Source of the DNA: a virus
Length of the DNA stretch: 64,000 nucleotides
Strand: one strand, 5' to 3'
IMG/VR virus record: IMGVR_UViG_3300050821_012250
Span: 9,382 to 73,381 of that record
Below are positions 60,713 to 64,000 of the stretch, in pieces. The first letter of the stretch is position 1, and each line of letters opens with the position of its first letter. Made by a program: the position numbers and the translations under genes. Below the pieces are notes generated by a model. That model was not told the DNA's origin. It ran no database searches and saw only the letters and a program-made list of their open reading frames with translations.

Positions 60713-61319
60713 GAGGACATATGAATCTCTACCGCAAAAAGCCCCTCGACGTGATCGCAGTCCTCTGGAAAGGCCAGATTCTGCCGCACTTACCGGCCGG
60801 CACGATTCATACGGTCTATCAGGAATTGGATGGCGCCATTCTCGGCACGATGAAAACGCTGGAGGGTGCATATCTCATCCAAGCGGCAAAGCATTACATC
60901 GTCGGTCCGGGTCATAAGGGCGAGTTCTGGCCGGTGGAGCGGGAGATTTTTGAGGCGACGTATGAGGAAGTTTCAAAGGAAGTGTTAACTCTCTCGCCAG
61001 ATGGCTCTGAGGTTGGAGTATGGCGGCAGGGGTGGCCGGAAGATGCGCCAAATGAGTGATGACACCGACAGTTTCGTGATGCGCGTCGCGCGGTTGGTAG
61101 GGTACGATACGATGCCTCCCAATGACATCCGTGACTTCGTCGTGAAGCTGAAAGAGCGGGGATATTCGGCGTGGGGCGCGGCGCAGGAATTGCGGCGGCT
61201 TTTGGACATTAACGGGATGAAACTATGACAGTCTCAACCGATGGCCTGTGAAACCGTTCACAATATTCACCCTCGATTCGGCGTAGGATTCAATTCCTCA
61301 AATCGAAGGAACCGCCAAA

Positions 61320-61805
61320 ATGAAACGCGCGCTTTTATTGTTGCTGATGGCAAGTTCGGTCGCGTCAGCGAACACTCCGGAAGTTCTTCCCGCGAGCGAA
61401 GTCTCCACAGCCTGCTTCGCGTCATTGGAAGCTGCGGCCGTCGCCGGACTTGACGCGGCGCAAAAGGCTTCTTCGATAGAAGAATTCGCGGGCGCGGTAC
61501 TGATCAGCGGAAATTCATATTGCTACACGACGCCGGTGAGCAATCAGAAGGACGGAGAATTCAAGATCCGGATTCTGGTGCCGCACGGCTATAAGCTCGC
61601 GGCGCTATATCACACCCATCCGGATTATTCGGAGTCCGAGTTCTTTTCAAAGGGTGATATTCAGATCTCGAAGTCAACCGGATTGATCTCCTTCATCCGT
61701 GTGATGAGCAAAGACAGAACGATGGTGTTTGATCCGCAGCGGGACAAGGCGGAGATCAGCATGTTGTCGATGAGGGCGCATGGGAGAATGGTGGGGCATG
61801 GGTGA
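61320..61805 (+). CDS. Signal-peptide protein with a JAB/DUF4329-like domain
   Basis: Signal peptide ending ASA; E..G, YHTHP and FS..D JAB-type motif. Confidence 0.6.
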   Translation: MKRALLLLLMASSVASANTPEVLPASEVSTACFASLEAAAVAGLDAAQKASSIEEFAGAVLISGNSYCYTTPVSNQKDGEFKIRILVPHGYKLAALYHTHPDYSESEFFSKGDIQISKSTGLISFIRVMSKDRTMVFDPQRDKAEISMLSMRAHGRMVGHG

Positions 61806-61845
61806 GAAATGATTCATCCAACAAGATATAAAAAGGTAGTAACAG

Positions 61846-62475
61846 ATGCTTGAATTCACCGAGTTCGAAAAGATCAGCCGCCTCAACCGTGAGGTGATCT
61901 GTACAGAAAAAATCGATGGGAGTAATGGTCAAGTCCATATCCGGCCAGCGGAAGGCTCCGAGCTCGAGATGGGCTACGACACGCAGATCGAAGTCGCTGG
62001 CGTGCCGCACTACATCCGGGCCGGCTCGCGGAGTCGTTGGGTGCTCCATCTTGGCACCGACGACAACAACGGCTTCGGTCGGTGGGTCCATCAGCATGCT
62101 CATGAGCTGGCCGCATTGGGCGCAGGTGCGCATTTCGGTGAATGGTGGGGTCAGGGCATCCAGCGCAAGTACGGACTCTCTGAGAAGCGCTGGAGTCTGT
62201 TCAACGTGAGCCGATGGAAAGACCCGAATGATCTTTGGGCGCCTGCAGAAGCCGTCACGGTGCCCCTGTGCTGCAACGTAGTTCCCATTTTGGCGCGAGG
62301 CATCGGGCTCGCATGCGTTGAAGACGCGCTGGAGAAGCTACGTCAGCATGGGAGTTTCGCGGCGGCCGGATTCATGAAGCCCGAGGGTGTAGTGGCCTTT
62401 CACACTCACTCACGCACGTTGTTCAAAGTGACGTTGGAGCGCGATCAGGAACCCAAATCGATGAGGGCGCCATGA
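61846..62475 (+). CDS. RNA ligase (Rnl2-like nucleotidyltransferase domain)
   Basis: TEKIDGSN (motif I), SR.R, FGEW.G.GIQ, LFN, EGVV and FK. Confidence 0.82.
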   Translation: MLEFTEFEKISRLNREVICTEKIDGSNGQVHIRPAEGSELEMGYDTQIEVAGVPHYIRAGSRSRWVLHLGTDDNNGFGRWVHQHAHELAALGAGAHFGEWWGQGIQRKYGLSEKRWSLFNVSRWKDPNDLWAPAEAVTVPLCCNVVPILARGIGLACVEDALEKLRQHGSFAAAGFMKPEGVVAFHTHSRTLFKVTLERDQEPKSMRAP

Positions 62476-63593
62476 AGTTCGCAACAATCCGAACCATTGC
62501 CGATGTGCAGCCTTTTGTCGCGCACAAGAAGGAAATCAAATTCCAGATGCAGCCGAATGGCGTGACAATCGGTTGTTATGTCTTTTGCGACAACAGCACC
62601 TTTGATTCGCCCGAAGCGCTCGAATGCCGTGGTATTGCCTTTGATTCCGCCGGGAACATCTGCTCACGTCCATTGCACAAGTTTTTCAATGTTGGTGAGA
62701 AATCTAATCTAATGCCCGAGCATCTGCTATTGCGCCCGGATCTGGCCGACATCCATGAGAAAATCGATGGCAGCATGATCTCGACGGCATGGGTCGATGG
62801 AAAGCTGCTATGGCGTTCCAAGAAATCGTTTGTGTCGGATGTGGTGAAGCTCACTGAAGAATATGTTGCCCGTGAGCCCCGGTTTCGGGGATTTGCCGAG
62901 ACCGTAGCGGCACAGGGTTTGACCGCGACTTTTGAATTCACACATCCGGCGGCGCGCATCGTTTGCGATGAGCCGGAGGGCTTGAGTCTTTTGCATGTGC
63001 GCGATAACGTGACCGGAGAATATCTCCTGCTGGACCCAAACCACCCGGTTCACAAGCTTGTCGAGACGTATCAAATTCCTCGCGCATGGACCTTCAATAA
63101 CATCACGTTGGCCGGCGCATTCGATTATCTGGAAACGGCTCAAGATTTTGAGGGCTATGTCCTCCAGTTTCTGGATGGCACGTTAGTGAAAGCCAAATGC
63201 GCCTGGTACCGGCGACTGCATCGGAGCATCACATTCCTGCGTGAGCGCAACATCGCGGAATTGGCGCTCAATGAAGAATTGGATGACGTGAAGGGCTCGC
63301 TGGTGGAGGCGGGAATAGATCTGGCGGCGGTGTTGGAAGTGGAATCGCGATTGAAGAAAATTCTGATCGATATTACCGATGAGGTCGAATCAGTCTATGC
63401 CGCGTCGGCATCTTTGGATCGCAAGAGCTTCGCGATCAAGAACCGTGAGCATCCTTATTTCGGGATGATCATGTCGCGGTATATCGGGCGGGATATTGAA
63501 TTGAAGGAGTGGTATCGGAAGCGGCGGTTGAATGAGGATTTTGGGCTGAAGACGCTGGCGAATGATGCGCTGGCGGAGGCGATTGAGTCGTGA
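62472..63593 (+). CDS. T4 Rnl1-like RNA ligase
   Basis: ECRGI.F, RP.HKFFN.GE, EKIDGS, T..FE...P..RIV, EGYV and K.K..WY..LH. Confidence 0.88.
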   Translation: MKFATIRTIADVQPFVAHKKEIKFQMQPNGVTIGCYVFCDNSTFDSPEALECRGIAFDSAGNICSRPLHKFFNVGEKSNLMPEHLLLRPDLADIHEKIDGSMISTAWVDGKLLWRSKKSFVSDVVKLTEEYVAREPRFRGFAETVAAQGLTATFEFTHPAARIVCDEPEGLSLLHVRDNVTGEYLLLDPNHPVHKLVETYQIPRAWTFNNITLAGAFDYLETAQDFEGYVLQFLDGTLVKAKCAWYRRLHRSITFLRERNIAELALNEELDDVKGSLVEAGIDLAAVLEVESRLKKILIDITDEVESVYAASASLDRKSFAIKNREHPYFGMIMSRYIGRDIELKEWYRKRRLNEDFGLKTLANDALAEAIES

Positions 63594-63600
63594 ATGAAGT

Positions 63601-63672
63601 TGGTGGCGGGTTCGGAGTTGAACCGATTCTCAAGGTTATGGGCCTAGCGTAGTGCCGTTCTACTATCCCGCA
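63601..63672 (-). tRNA. Degenerate tRNA-Met(CAU)-like gene with encoded CCA
   Basis: Acceptor GCGGG/CCCGC with a 1:72 mismatch; D stem GTAG/CTAC; anticodon loop CCCATAA; T loop GGTTCAACTCC; 3' ACCA; one nucleotide short at the T/acceptor junction. Confidence 0.65.
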
Positions 63673-64000
63673 TTAGAAGAATGTCTAGAGAAATAATTAT
63701 ACCTTTCGAACGATGCACGTCAAATACGGCGCATTCTGCGGCGATGCTGCAGCCTTGAATGCTTCGTCGTCCATCAGGCTGATATAGCTGAGCAGATGAT
63801 GGCTGCAGCCCAAATTGGCTTCAATCTGCAGCTCATCATTCGCCGGGCCGATATCGATCGTATTCGGCAGATGCTCATATCCCAATGAAATGGGGACTTT
63901 AGGCACGATATCTTCCGGATTCTTCAGGTGAAGGTGATCGGGAATCGCCACCGCGACCGCACCGACGAATTCGCTGTTACCCGGGTGAGGGCTCGCCAAG

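Noticed and set aside
1-64000. CRISPR array, integrase, reverse transcriptase or rRNA
   Set aside because: No regularly spaced repeat-spacer units or diagnostic motifs were seen by eye; temperate versus lytic lifestyle cannot be settled from this window

Overview
The whole window is part of a tailed phage or prophage genome with a P22-like (podovirus-type) head module. The CsrA and E. coli-type LexA homologues suggest a gammaproteobacterial host (inference). The left arm (1-37100) is mostly on the minus strand. It carries structural genes, a glycosyltransferase, the coat protein, scaffold, portal, a beta-helix tailspike-like protein, a Q-like regulator, a tandem GroES, TnpB, TerL/TerS, a VapE-type primase-helicase, a large two-gene cassette of unknown function, a LexA DNA-binding domain and tRNA-Gln. 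The right arm (37200-63600) is mostly on the plus strand. It carries CsrA, MazG-, SLOG-, DHH- and SPFH-like genes, a Prs-like + Nampt-like NAD+ reconstitution pair, RecT/Gp157 recombination genes, HNH nucleases, a C5 methyltransferase read in two overlapping frames, an HD hydrolase, two RNA ligases and a degenerate tRNA-Met. Features the ORF track misses or does not show: (1) a 260-nt group I intron splitting the coat gene, which appears to start at ATT; (2) a class 3 intein starting with His in the portal; (3) a free-standing HNH next to a recoded coat 3' end; (4) a candidate ~200-nt multi-helix ncRNA; (5) the scaffold C-terminal motif recurring at the termini of two unrelated proteins, a possible capsid-loading tag; (6) an Acr/Aca-like mini-operon; (7) a recurring 10-bp palindromic operator. 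No integrase or CRISPR array was seen. All family assignments come from motif recognition by eye, not from database searches.
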